Origin: an uncultured Planctomycetia bacterium
GTDB taxonomy: Bacteria; Omnitrophota; Gorgyraeia; Gorgyraeales; Gorgyraeaceae
Length of the DNA: 64,000 nt
Reading direction: 5' to 3'
Assembly (NCBI GenBank): GCA_964566255.1
Contig: CAZMID010000002.1
Location: 30,923 to 94,922 of the forward strand
Below, piece after piece: positions 29,680 to 39,542 of this stretch. Under the pieces are notes generated by a model that was not told the DNA's origin, made no database searches, and worked only from the letters and a program-made list of their open reading frames with translations. Position numbers and translations under genes: made by a program. Position 1 is the stretch's first letter. Every line of letters begins with the position of its first letter.

Positions 29680-30803
29680 AGACATCAAATAAACTTTTAA
29701 GGTGGGTTAGGACTATTAACTATCCGTCTTATGTAATATTTTTTGTAACAGCGAAATGTAATGCTAACTGCAAGATGTGTTTCTATAAAGACAACATGGC
29801 CAAAGCTTATCAAAAAGAGGAGGAACTGTCTGTAGAAGAATATGAAAAGATTAGTAAACGCATAAAACTAATAAATATATTAGGTATTTCTGGCGGTGAA
29901 CCATTTTTGAGAAAAGATCTGGCTGATATTGTGAAAGTTATTTATAAAAATTGCTCTCCTTTAGTGGTGGATCTTCCTACAAACGGATATTACGTGAAAG
30001 ATATTTTAAGGCAATCTGAGGAAATAGCCAAGTATTGTAAGGATATGGTTGTAGATGTGCAGCTTTCTATGGATGGGCCAGAAGAAATACACAATGAAAT
30101 ACGAGGCCTTAAGGATGGATTCAGCAGAGTAAGAGAGACTTATAAGGGTTTGATTGCATTGAGAAAAAAATATAACAATTTAAAAGTGAAGGCCTGTGTC
30201 GTATATTCTCATTACAATCAGGACTCTATTGAAGAGTTATTTGATATCCTCGGTAGGGATTTTAAGGATTTGGATAGAGTTGTATTTTCTGTAGTACATG
30301 GAAGCGTGAGTAATACTGAGGCATTTTCTTTTGATTGGAATAGATATTTTAAGATTTGCGATAGAATCCGGCATGGTTCAACTGTTAAAAGTATTGGAGA
30401 TTTTCATTCTATTTTTACCATTGCTTTAAGAATGGTTAAAAATGATTTCTTGAAAGAAGTATTAAGGACGAAGGACATGTATAGAAAGTGTGGCACAGGA
30501 AAAAGGGTGATTGTCGTTAATGAAACAGGAGCGGTTTTTCCTTGTGAGCCGCTTTGGCATTCGATAGGAGAATTAAGAAATAATAATTATGATATGGGGC
30601 AGATTTTGAATTCAAAGGAGATAAAGAATTTTTATAGAAAGATTGTTAAAGAAAAATGTAACTGTCATTGGGGACTGCCGTTATCAAACACACTGATTTA
30701 TAAACCAAGATATTATCCAAAGATATTGTTTGAGATGTTTAGGGTTATCAAAAGAAGCTTTGCGAAAGAGACAATACCTTATCAGAGTAAATTATGTCAA
30801 TAA
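29676..30803 (+). CDS. Radical SAM enzyme with C-terminal Cys-rich (SPASM/twitch-like) extension
   Basis: Has the CNANCKMC (Cx3Cx2C) cluster motif and the GGEPFLRKD SAM-binding motif. The C-terminus carries extra cysteines (…CGTGKRVIVVNETGAVFPCEPL…CNCHWG). Confidence 0.72.
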   Translation: MKTSNKLLRWVRTINYPSYVIFFVTAKCNANCKMCFYKDNMAKAYQKEEELSVEEYEKISKRIKLINILGISGGEPFLRKDLADIVKVIYKNCSPLVVDLPTNGYYVKDILRQSEEIAKYCKDMVVDVQLSMDGPEEIHNEIRGLKDGFSRVRETYKGLIALRKKYNNLKVKACVVYSHYNQDSIEELFDILGRDFKDLDRVVFSVVHGSVSNTEAFSFDWNRYFKICDRIRHGSTVKSIGDFHSIFTIALRMVKNDFLKEVLRTKDMYRKCGTGKRVIVVNETGAVFPCEPLWHSIGELRNNNYDMGQILNSKEIKNFYRKIVKEKCNCHWGLPLSNTLIYKPRYYPKILFEMFRVIKRSFAKETIPYQSKLCQ

Positions 30804-31651
30804 AATTAGATTTACATATTCATTCTAAATCGCGGGGAAGAGTTTTTATAAATGCTGAGCAATTGAGAGGGTCTTTGAAACGGAATAAACTGGACGGCGT
30901 AGCAATAACTAATTTTTTTGATATTTCCCATGCACTCTGGCTCAAAGAAAAGGTTAAAGAATATATTATTATAGTCGGCCAGGAGATATGGACAAAGGAT
31001 GGCCATATAGTGGCATTGGGCATCAAGAAGAGGATTGCTGATTTTCAAACTATCCAGGAAACCACCAACTGTATACATGAACAGGGTGGGATCGCTGTAG
31101 CTGTTCACCCCTTTTTATCTTTGGGAATAGGTAAGAAGGCAATGTTATTTCCTTCCATTGATGCAGTGGAGGTCTATAACGGGGTTATGGGAAATTTTGT
31201 TATTCCTAATTATTTAGCAGAAAGAATGGCTAAAAAAATGGGAATATCACAACTTGCTTCTACAGATACGACTGATCCAAAATTGATTGGCCGCAGTTAT
31301 ACTGAAATTATGACCAAAGATCCCAAATTGATACTGAAGAGTATTTGTTCAGGGGATGTTAGATTGTTTAAAAGGGCATTGCCATTTCCATTTATATTTG
31401 TTTTTAAGGGTATTTTTAAGTTCCAAGATGTAGAACCGTGTTCAACTCATGGTGTCCCTTGTTTTGTATGTGCAAAATCAATGACTGTAAGGTTGTTTAA
31501 AGAGAAATTCAAATGTTTCGATTGCGGCAAAATAGTATTTTCGCATATAGCCTGTTCTAACGGCCATTATATTTGTGTTCCGTGTATGATAAAAAGAGGC
31601 ACTGACATAAAAGACACTTATAGTATTGAGGAAAATATCCATGCGGCATAA
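30794..31651 (+). CDS. PHP-domain metal-dependent phosphoesterase with Cys-rich C-terminal tail
   Basis: N-terminal LDLHIHSKSRG is the PHP HxH motif. Later conserved His and Asp residues are present. The last roughly 70 aa have seven Cys (CSTHGVPCFVCAKS…CFDCGK…CSNGHYICVPC), suggesting a zinc ribbon. Confidence 0.6.
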   Translation: MSIKLDLHIHSKSRGRVFINAEQLRGSLKRNKLDGVAITNFFDISHALWLKEKVKEYIIIVGQEIWTKDGHIVALGIKKRIADFQTIQETTNCIHEQGGIAVAVHPFLSLGIGKKAMLFPSIDAVEVYNGVMGNFVIPNYLAERMAKKMGISQLASTDTTDPKLIGRSYTEIMTKDPKLILKSICSGDVRLFKRALPFPFIFVFKGIFKFQDVEPCSTHGVPCFVCAKSMTVRLFKEKFKCFDCGKIVFSHIACSNGHYICVPCMIKRGTDIKDTYSIEENIHAA

Positions 31652-32747
31652 AGTTAGTATAGGTAGATATCAGGATTTTGAGAAGATTTTGACTGATATC
31701 GGAGGAATAGAGAGGTTTGTAAAAAAGGGCGATAGGGTTTTTATAAAACCTAATATCTGTGTTCCCAAATCTTATGAGACCGGGACTACAACGAATCCAT
31801 ATTTGATTGAAAGATTAATAAGGTTGCTTAAAGATATAACTGGAAATATCCAGATAGGGGATGGTCCTATCCCTGCGTTCGGAAGATTATTTTCTGTGAA
31901 CCACCCTTTGATTTATGATATTGCAAAAAAATATGATATTGATGTAATCGATCTTAATTATGCAGATAAAAAAATAGTAGGATCTTTTGCTATCTCAGCA
32001 CCGCTTTTAGAGGCAGATGTTATAATAAATATGCCTGTCTTGAAGACACATGTGAGGGCAGGGATTTCGTGTTCTCTTAAAAATATGATGGGTGCTGTAC
32101 CTCTTCGCTTGAAACACGAGATGCATAAACATGGCCTTGATAATAGAATAGTCGAGCTTGCTAAGACCATAAGGCCACATCTAAATATCGTTGATGCTGT
32201 TATATGCCAAGAAGGGGATGGTCCTACTAATGGAACACCAAAGAAATTGGGTTTGGTTATTGCAGGTGATAATCAGGTTGCAGTGGATGGTTTGTGTTGT
32301 AAAATTATGGGAATAAATCCCCAAGGCATTCTACATCTCAAATGGGCAGAGAAGGAAAAGATAGGCCTTATTCGTAATTCAGAATATATTGGGTTTAAGT
32401 CTGAATTTATCTCCAAGTTTAAAATGCCCTCTATGTACAGGAATAGACTTATGCGACTTGCTATGCAAATAGCAGAAGGACCTATTATAAAATTATTTGA
32501 AAAAAATAATGGAATTTTGATAAATAAAGAAAAATGCATTAAATGCGGATTATGCGTAAAGGCCTGTCCTGTTAGTGCCATTAGCATGAACGCAGGAGAT
32601 TATCCTATTATAGATGATAAAAAGTGTATTTTATGTCTATGTTGCCATGAGGCGTGTTTAAATAATGCTATAGCGATTAAGAAAAAAGGAATTTCAGGAT
32701 CTGGGATAATAAAAGAAACACATAAAAAGGAGAAGGTTTATGCTTAA
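31641..32747 (+). CDS. DUF362 domain protein with C-terminal 2x[4Fe-4S] ferredoxin domain
   Basis: The DUF362-type N-terminus (…KGDRVFIKPNI…) is followed by CIKCGLCVKACP and CILCLCCHEACLNNA ferredoxin motifs. The start is placed at the Met preceded by GAGGAAAAT. The ORF track offers an upstream Met at 31626. Confidence 0.62.
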   Translation: MRHKVSIGRYQDFEKILTDIGGIERFVKKGDRVFIKPNICVPKSYETGTTTNPYLIERLIRLLKDITGNIQIGDGPIPAFGRLFSVNHPLIYDIAKKYDIDVIDLNYADKKIVGSFAISAPLLEADVIINMPVLKTHVRAGISCSLKNMMGAVPLRLKHEMHKHGLDNRIVELAKTIRPHLNIVDAVICQEGDGPTNGTPKKLGLVIAGDNQVAVDGLCCKIMGINPQGILHLKWAEKEKIGLIRNSEYIGFKSEFISKFKMPSMYRNRLMRLAMQIAEGPIIKLFEKNNGILINKEKCIKCGLCVKACPVSAISMNAGDYPIIDDKKCILCLCCHEACLNNAIAIKKKGISGSGIIKETHKKEKVYA

Positions 32748-33786
32748 AAAGTTTTTAAATAATATTTTAGAATCAATTAGAAAGATGCGATTATATGCTC
32801 GAGTCGGGCTTACGAGCATGACTCCTTTAAAGGCATACGTGATGTTGCGTTATTGGATCTTAACCAACATTTTTAAAAAGGAGATTCCCTGGGTTATAGA
32901 GCTTTCAGTTACTTATAGGTGTCAGTGTAGGTGCGAACACTGTTCAGTATCAAATTATATTTCTGAAGCCGGTGAAAAAAAAGAGCTGACGAAAGATCAA
33001 ATAGAAGATGTTTTACAGCAGGCTGTTAAGATGGGAATACCCAAGGTAGATTATTTTGGAGGCGAGCCTTTATTACGAAAGGATATTGTTGATTTAGTTA
33101 AAATTGGCGCTAGGAAAGGTCTGTATATGTCAATAACTACCAATGGTTGGCTTTTAACACAAGACATGGCAAAAAAATTAAAGAAGGCAGGGATAAGCTG
33201 TATGAATATCAGCATAGATTCTACGTCTAAAGAAGAACATGACAGGCTTAGGGTGTTACCCGGACTTTATAAAAGGGCAGTGGATGCCATTAGATATTGC
33301 CATAAAGAGCGGATTTCTTGTGTTGTTTCTACATATGTAACTCGTGATAGGATAGTAAATTTTGGTGTAGGTGAATTAGATAATAGTGATTTGACTAAAA
33401 TTCTTTCCTTGTCAAGGGAGCTCAAGGCTTCTGGAGTAAGGGTATTATTTCCTATAATTTCAGGTGAATGGGTAAGTGAAGACAAAAAGGAATTTACTCA
33501 GGAAGAAGTAAGGCGTGTTATTGATGGTATTGACAGTTCTTTTGCTTTTATTGAAGGGGCATATTCAGTAAAGAATGGAAGGAAGATTTGTCAATCTTTA
33601 CAGGGAAAGATGTTTAATATCTCACCTTATGGTGAAGTACAACTTTGCATTGCCTTTACTGATGTTTTTGGGAATGTTAAGGATGCCTCTCTGAAGGATT
33701 TATTAAAGGGGATGTATACTCACCCCACATATATTAGAAACAAAGATTCATATTGTTGTAGTACTACTGGTTTAAAGAGATGTTAA
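32740..33786 (+). CDS. Radical SAM enzyme (twitch/SPASM-like C-terminus)
   Basis: Has the CQCRCEHC cluster motif (Cx3Cx2C counted from the first Cys) and DYFGGEPLLRKD. The C-terminus carries Cys (…CQSLQGKMFNISPYGEVQLCIAF…CCS). Confidence 0.72.
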   Translation: MLKKFLNNILESIRKMRLYARVGLTSMTPLKAYVMLRYWILTNIFKKEIPWVIELSVTYRCQCRCEHCSVSNYISEAGEKKELTKDQIEDVLQQAVKMGIPKVDYFGGEPLLRKDIVDLVKIGARKGLYMSITTNGWLLTQDMAKKLKKAGISCMNISIDSTSKEEHDRLRVLPGLYKRAVDAIRYCHKERISCVVSTYVTRDRIVNFGVGELDNSDLTKILSLSRELKASGVRVLFPIISGEWVSEDKKEFTQEEVRRVIDGIDSSFAFIEGAYSVKNGRKICQSLQGKMFNISPYGEVQLCIAFTDVFGNVKDASLKDLLKGMYTHPTYIRNKDSYCCSTTGLKRC

Positions 33787-33804
33787 AAGGTATAGGATAA
33801 AGTA

Positions 33805-35328
33805 ATGAACATTACGTTGATTCGTCCTCCAGCATATAGTACAGGATTGATGGGCGCTCAATTGGTGCCTTTTCTTGGAATTGCCTATATTGGTGCTGTT
33901 GCAAAAAAAGCAGGGCATAATGTTGATATTATAGATATGTGTGGAGAGGATATTGCTCGCACAGAGATTATACAGGATAGATATGTAGCTTATGGCATGT
34001 CTTTTGCTTCACTTGATAAACGGCTTAAGACTTCAGAGGTAATCGGTTTTACCTGTATGTTTTCCCAGGACTGGGTATTTCATAAGGCATTGATTGAATA
34101 TGTGCATAGGCTTTCTCCTGATAGTGTCTTCATTGCAGGAGGAGAACATATATCAGCTTTACCAGAGTATTGTTTAGACGATTGTCCCGAGTTAGATATC
34201 TGTGTAGTCGGTGAAGGAGAGGATGTATTTACACATCTTATCAGTACGCTTGAAGAAAAAGGTAGACTTTCTAATGTCCCAAGTCTTGTTTATCGTGACT
34301 GCAAAAATGGTGTTTATCACAGTACAAAAAGGTCTAATCGGATTAAAGATATAGATAGGATTCCTTTACCCATATGGGATCTTACCCCGATGGAAAATTA
34401 TCTCTCAAGGGAGTTAAATTATCATATACAGCGCGGTCGCACTATCCCAATGGTTGCAACTAGAGGATGCCCTTATAACTGTACTTTTTGTTCCAGTTTT
34501 AATATGTGGGGCAGACTTTGGATTCCGCGTAATCCTCGACTGGTCGTAGATGAAATGGAGTATTATATTGATAAGTATAAGGCAGACAATTTTGTTTTTT
34601 CAGAACTCACTACTATAGTAAGGAGAAAAGAGATTGTAGATTTGTGTAATGAAATTATAAATCGTAGAATTAATGTTACATGGCAACTTCCAACCTTGAG
34701 GACAGAGGATGTAGATTACGATATATTGAAACTTATGTATCAGGCAGGTTGTAGAGATTTAGATTTTGCTATAGAGTCAGGATCAAGGAAAGTGTTACTT
34801 AGTGTAAATAAGAGTAATAATCCGAATAAGATATTTTCTTTAGCTGGAGATGCAGTAGACCTGGGAATGAATCTGAGCACTAATATAGTTGTGGGCTTGC
34901 CACAAGAAAGATTTAGAGATTTTTTTAAAACTTATTGGCTGGTTGTAAAACTGGCAATTAGGGGCTCACAGGAATTAAACGTGTTTCCGTTTGTCCCTTA
35001 TCCAGGCTCAGAATTGTTTAAAGATTTTCTTAGAGATAAAAGGATTTCATTAAATGATGATTATTTTTTGAATCTCTTTGGTTATGGAAATTTGAGCAAG
35101 GCAATATCGTGGTCAGAACATTTTGGGCCAAGGACATTAAACTTCATGAGGCTTTTTTTATTGGTTAATTTTTATGGATTGATGTTGATTGCGCATCCGC
35201 GGCGCATTCTACAACTCATTAGTAATACTGTACGTGGCAGAGCCACTACAAAATTAGAAAATGTACTAAAGAAGGTATTTAAAAATGTCAATGTCTATGT
35301 TTCCAGTAGAGCAGGAAATACAGAATAA
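33805..35328 (+). CDS. B12-binding-domain radical SAM enzyme
   Basis: N-terminal Rossmann-like cobalamin-binding-domain pattern, then TRGCPYNCTFCSS (Cx3Cx2C). Confidence 0.75.
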   Translation: MNITLIRPPAYSTGLMGAQLVPFLGIAYIGAVAKKAGHNVDIIDMCGEDIARTEIIQDRYVAYGMSFASLDKRLKTSEVIGFTCMFSQDWVFHKALIEYVHRLSPDSVFIAGGEHISALPEYCLDDCPELDICVVGEGEDVFTHLISTLEEKGRLSNVPSLVYRDCKNGVYHSTKRSNRIKDIDRIPLPIWDLTPMENYLSRELNYHIQRGRTIPMVATRGCPYNCTFCSSFNMWGRLWIPRNPRLVVDEMEYYIDKYKADNFVFSELTTIVRRKEIVDLCNEIINRRINVTWQLPTLRTEDVDYDILKLMYQAGCRDLDFAIESGSRKVLLSVNKSNNPNKIFSLAGDAVDLGMNLSTNIVVGLPQERFRDFFKTYWLVVKLAIRGSQELNVFPFVPYPGSELFKDFLRDKRISLNDDYFLNLFGYGNLSKAISWSEHFGPRTLNFMRLFLLVNFYGLMLIAHPRRILQLISNTVRGRATTKLENVLKKVFKNVNVYVSSRAGNTE

Positions 35329-36145
35329 AATATTTAAATTAAGGAAAAAGGCGAATTGGATTAGAAGCCAAGTTTTAGAGATGATTGCCTTAGCCGGTAA
35401 AGGACATATTGGGGGAGCCTTTTCTTGTGCAGACATTCTGACCACTCTTTATTATGGCGGAGTGCTTCGTTTTGACATTTCTGATAAGGCCTGTGATAAA
35501 AGGGATAGATTTATTTTAAGCAAAGGACATTCAGGTACAACTTTATATGCAATACTGGCAGATCTTGGTTATTTCCCTCTTTCTGAATTACGTAATTATC
35601 AGAAGGAAGGGAGTATGCTGGGAGGGCATCCTGATAGGAAGATACCAGGCATAGAGGCTGATACAGGTTCTCTTGGACATGGCCTTGGTATTGGCGCAGG
35701 ATTAGCTTTAAGTGCGAAGATGAACAAAAAAGATTTCAAGACAGTTGTTTTGCTTGGTGATGGTGAGTGTTGCGAAGGTTCAGTCTGGGAAGCAGCTATG
35801 TTTTCAAGTCACCATAAGCTAAATAATCTTATTGGAATCGTGGACAAGAATGGGCTTTGTGTTACGGATTTTATTAAGGACTGCGTTGATATGGATCCAT
35901 TAAGCGAAAAATGGAAGGCCTTTGGTTGGGATGTAGCTATTATTAATGGTCATTCTTTTGAAGAGCTTCTATCAGTTTTTAAGGATTTGCATTCCCGTAA
36001 ATCAGATAGACCACTAATGATAATAGCAGAGACTGTGAAAGGTAAAGGTGTTTCTTTCATGGAGGGGAAGTGTAAGTGGCACCACAGTGTGCCAAAGGGC
36101 GAAGAACTTGAAACTGCAAGAAGAGAACTTAACGTGAATCTATAA
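35285..36145 (+). CDS. Transketolase, N-terminal (thiamine-diphosphate-binding) subunit
   Basis: GHIGGAFSCADILTTLYYG, the GDG…EG TPP motif (LGDGECCEGSVWEA), and the 286-aa length of split-transketolase A subunits. Confidence 0.85.
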   Translation: MSMSMFPVEQEIQNKIFKLRKKANWIRSQVLEMIALAGKGHIGGAFSCADILTTLYYGGVLRFDISDKACDKRDRFILSKGHSGTTLYAILADLGYFPLSELRNYQKEGSMLGGHPDRKIPGIEADTGSLGHGLGIGAGLALSAKMNKKDFKTVVLLGDGECCEGSVWEAAMFSSHHKLNNLIGIVDKNGLCVTDFIKDCVDMDPLSEKWKAFGWDVAIINGHSFEELLSVFKDLHSRKSDRPLMIIAETVKGKGVSFMEGKCKWHHSVPKGEELETARRELNVNL

Positions 36146-36156
36146 GGGGATTTGAA

Positions 36157-37098
36157 TTGAAGATTTCAACCGTTGATATGAGAGATGCTTTTTTTGATGA
36201 ATTGTATAAGATTGCCAAGGATGATCCACAAGTCGTTTTTCTTACTGCTGATATGGGAGCCCATAGCCTAGTCAGATTCAAAAAGGATCTTAAAAATCAA
36301 TATATTAATGTTGGGGTGGCTGAGCAAAATATGGTCAGCATATCTGCGGGTTTATCTTTGGGAGGTAAGAAAGTTTTTATATATACTATTATTCCATTTG
36401 CAACTTTGCGTTGTTATGAGCAGATCAAGATTGACCTCTGTTGCATGAATTTGCCAGTAACTATTATAGGGGCTGGTCCAGGATTTTGTTATGGAAGCGA
36501 TGGTCCTACTCATCATGCTACGCAGGATATTGCTGTTATGAGGACATTACCTGAGATGAGTATATTAAATCCGTCGGATTCCCTGATGTCTCAAGCGAGT
36601 GCAAGGATTGCATATACAAATTCATCCCCGACTTATGTGAGGATTGACAAAGGGATGCTTCCCTTGATTTATGATGAGATAAAAACTGATTTTTCAGAAG
36701 GCATTACTGAAGTCAGGCGTGGCAACGATCTAGCTATCATTTCTACTGGAATCATGGTGTGTAAGGCCTTGGAGGTAGCTGAGAGTTTACTTACTCATTC
36801 TATATCAGCCAGTGTAATTGATATATATAAAATTAAACCTTTGAATAAGAAGTTACTTTTAGAGTTTATTGATAAATCAAATCGCATTGTGACTCTGGAA
36901 GAAAATATTATTACAGGTGGAATAGGCAGCGCGGTAGGTGAAGTCTTAAATGATAATAGTAAAAAGATTCCTTTGAAACGTATAGCAATCTCTGATGAGC
37001 ACTGTTTTAAATCTGGCAGCAGGGAAGATTTGCAGGCATTTTATAATTTGGATAGAGATGGTATTACGGACACTATTTTAGAGTGGATAAGGAGGTAA
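36157..37098 (+). CDS. Transketolase, C-terminal (pyrimidine-binding and C-terminal domain) subunit
   Basis: VGVAEQNMVSISAGLSLGGK… is typical of split-transketolase B subunits. It is adjacent to the A subunit. Confidence 0.85.
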   Translation: MKISTVDMRDAFFDELYKIAKDDPQVVFLTADMGAHSLVRFKKDLKNQYINVGVAEQNMVSISAGLSLGGKKVFIYTIIPFATLRCYEQIKIDLCCMNLPVTIIGAGPGFCYGSDGPTHHATQDIAVMRTLPEMSILNPSDSLMSQASARIAYTNSSPTYVRIDKGMLPLIYDEIKTDFSEGITEVRRGNDLAIISTGIMVCKALEVAESLLTHSISASVIDIYKIKPLNKKLLLEFIDKSNRIVTLEENIITGGIGSAVGEVLNDNSKKIPLKRIAISDEHCFKSGSREDLQAFYNLDRDGITDTILEWIRR

Positions 37099-37099
37099 C

Positions 37100-37885
37100 A
37101 TGGAATTCAATATTAGAGATAAATATGCCCTCGTTACAGGAGGCACCCACGGTATTGGTCGTAGTATAGCATTGGCATTAGCGGATGAAGGATGTAATGT
37201 TGCTGTTTGTTCGCGCAATATTGAACGAGTAGAAAAAACTACAGAAGAGCTAAAAGCAAAGGGAGTAAACTGTCTTGGAATACAGGCAGATGTTATGATA
37301 GAAAGCGACATTAAAAAGGTTATGAATAAGGTTATAGATACATGGGGAACAATTCATATCTTAATAAATAATGTTGGTGGTGGTGGTAGATGGGGTAAGG
37401 AGAATGTAGAGGAGACTGAGGAGAGGGTATGGATGGAGGTGTATAATAAAAATGCGATTGCAACAATGCGCTTTACAAATCTTGCTATTCCCTATATGCG
37501 CAAACAAAGATGGGGTAGGGTGATAACTATAACTTCGATATTTGGAAGAGAGGGAGGCTCAAGACCCTGGTTTAGCATGGCAAAGACAGCTCAAAGCAGT
37601 CTTATGAAGGCCCTTGCTATGAAACCTTATTTAACTAGCGATGGTATTACATTCAATAGTGTTGCCCCTGGCGCCATAATGATACCTGATACTGGATGGG
37701 AAAAGGCGCTCAAGGAAAAACCTGATGATGTACAGGAATTTGTTAAGAGAGAGCTTCCATTAGGTCGTTTTGGCACCTCTGAAGAAATAGCCAGCCTTGT
37801 AGTTTTTATATGTTCTGAGAAAGCGTCATTACTTAACGGTGCCTCTATACCTGTAGATGGGGGTCAAAGTAGGAGTATCCTTTGA
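37100..37885 (+). CDS. SDR-family oxidoreductase (classical short-chain dehydrogenase/reductase)
   Basis: TGGTHGIGRSIA Rossmann motif and NNVG. The region is compatible with the catalytic Ser-Tyr-Lys triad. Confidence 0.78.
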   Translation: MEFNIRDKYALVTGGTHGIGRSIALALADEGCNVAVCSRNIERVEKTTEELKAKGVNCLGIQADVMIESDIKKVMNKVIDTWGTIHILINNVGGGGRWGKENVEETEERVWMEVYNKNAIATMRFTNLAIPYMRKQRWGRVITITSIFGREGGSRPWFSMAKTAQSSLMKALAMKPYLTSDGITFNSVAPGAIMIPDTGWEKALKEKPDDVQEFVKRELPLGRFGTSEEIASLVVFICSEKASLLNGASIPVDGGQSRSIL

Positions 37886-37898
37886 AAGGTAGATTCTA

Positions 37899-38570
37899 AT
37901 GAAGATATCTCTTGTTATTTTTACACTGAATGAAATAGATGGAATGAGGGTTATCATGCCGCGTATTAAAAAAGAGTGGTATGACCAATTGATTATTGTT
38001 GACGGTGGGTCGACAGATGGTACTGTTGAGTATGCAAAGGAACACGGTTACTTTATATTTGTACAAAACAGGAAAGGGGCCGGTGCAGCATTTAGAGAGG
38101 CAGTAGAAAAGGCAACAGGAGACATAGTTATTATATTGAGCCCTGATGGAAATTCTGTTCCTGAGAGGATACCTGATTTAATTGAAAAGATGAAGGAAGG
38201 ATATGATATAGTAATTGCTTCAAGATATACTAAAGGCGCAAAAAGCTATGATGATGATTTGGTAACTGCTTTTGGAAACTGGATGTTTACAAAGCTGATA
38301 AACTTGCTTTTTCGTTCCAAGATTACAGATTCATTGGTTATGTATCGAGCCTTTAGAAGGAGTGTAGTGGACGAACTCAAGATAAATACAGAAACCGTAT
38401 CGTGGGGTTCACAACTTCTGACAAGGGCAATTAGAAAAGGATTTAGAATTGGAGAAATTCCTGGCGATGAACCTCCTCGTATAGGTGGTGTAAGGAAGAT
38501 GCACCCACTGAAAAATGGAATATCCGAATTTTTGATGATTATTAGAGAATTTCTTACACGGAGGCAGTAA
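37899..38570 (+). CDS. GT2 glycosyltransferase, Dpm1/ArnC-like (paralog 2 of 3)
   Basis: FTLNEIDGMRVIMPRIKKEWYDQLIIVDGGSTDGT…SPDGNS…ASRYTKGAKSYDDD is near-collinear with the ORFs at 24533 and 58396. Confidence 0.75.
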   Translation: MKISLVIFTLNEIDGMRVIMPRIKKEWYDQLIIVDGGSTDGTVEYAKEHGYFIFVQNRKGAGAAFREAVEKATGDIVIILSPDGNSVPERIPDLIEKMKEGYDIVIASRYTKGAKSYDDDLVTAFGNWMFTKLINLLFRSKITDSLVMYRAFRRSVVDELKINTETVSWGSQLLTRAIRKGFRIGEIPGDEPPRIGGVRKMHPLKNGISEFLMIIREFLTRRQ

Positions 38571-39541
38571 TGTCATTTTTTAAAGATAAAAAGATCCTTG
38601 TTACAGGTGCAACAGGTTTTGTGGGCAGGAATCTGATTGACAAATTGTTGCAGTTAGATTCGACAATAAGGGCCACTATCCATAGGAGAGATCCTCTTAT
38701 TAATGATAATAGACTTGAGTATATAAAGGTAGATTTGACTAGGATGGAAGATTGCCAGAAGGTTGTTAAGGGGATGGACTATGTGTTTCATTGTGCTGGG
38801 AGTACTTCCGGGGCCTTTACTATTGAGAAGACCCCACTTGTACATGTGACACCAAATATAGTAATGAATTCACAGCTCTTGGAGGCTGCTTATTTTGCAA
38901 GGGTTAAAAAGTTTTCATGGATCGGTAGTTCCACAGGCTATCCTCCTTCAGGCAATAGACTAGTTAAGGAAGAAGAGATGATGGAGGGGGAGCCTTATGA
39001 TAAATATTTCTATGTAGGTTGGATGAAGAGATATACTGAAGTCCTTTGTCGTACATATTCGGAAAGATTAAAGAATCCCATGACGACAGTTGTATTGCGA
39101 CCTACGAATATTTACGGTGAATATGATGATTTTGAGTTTGAGACCTCCCATGTCTTTGCAGCCTTAATCAGGAGGATAGTAGAAAGGTGTAACCCTATTG
39201 AAGTATGGGGGACAGGAGAAGATGTAAGAGATTTAATTTATATCGGGGACTTTATTGAGGCCCTGCTTTTGGCGATGAAAAAAATCGATTCCTATAATCC
39301 TATAAATATTGGTTCAGGCAAAGGTTATAGCATTAAGGAGCTTCTTAGGATGATGTTAGAGATAGACGGTTACAGGGATGCCAAGGTCGTTTTTGATTCT
39401 TCTAAGCCAACAACGATTCCTGTGAGATTGATAGACACTACTAAAGCCAAGGCTCTATTAGGGTTTAGGGCAAAGACCGGGCTAGAAGAAGGAATTAAAA
39501 ATACTTTCAAATGGTATAGGGAAAACAGATTAAGGAAGTAG
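38570..39541 (+). CDS. NAD-dependent epimerase/dehydratase family protein
   Basis: ILVTGATGFVGRNL Rossmann motif. Extended SDR, 323 aa. Confidence 0.7.
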   Translation: MSFFKDKKILVTGATGFVGRNLIDKLLQLDSTIRATIHRRDPLINDNRLEYIKVDLTRMEDCQKVVKGMDYVFHCAGSTSGAFTIEKTPLVHVTPNIVMNSQLLEAAYFARVKKFSWIGSSTGYPPSGNRLVKEEEMMEGEPYDKYFYVGWMKRYTEVLCRTYSERLKNPMTTVVLRPTNIYGEYDDFEFETSHVFAALIRRIVERCNPIEVWGTGEDVRDLIYIGDFIEALLLAMKKIDSYNPINIGSGKGYSIKELLRMMLEIDGYRDAKVVFDSSKPTTIPVRLIDTTKAKALLGFRAKTGLEEGIKNTFKWYRENRLRK

Positions 39542-39542
39542 A

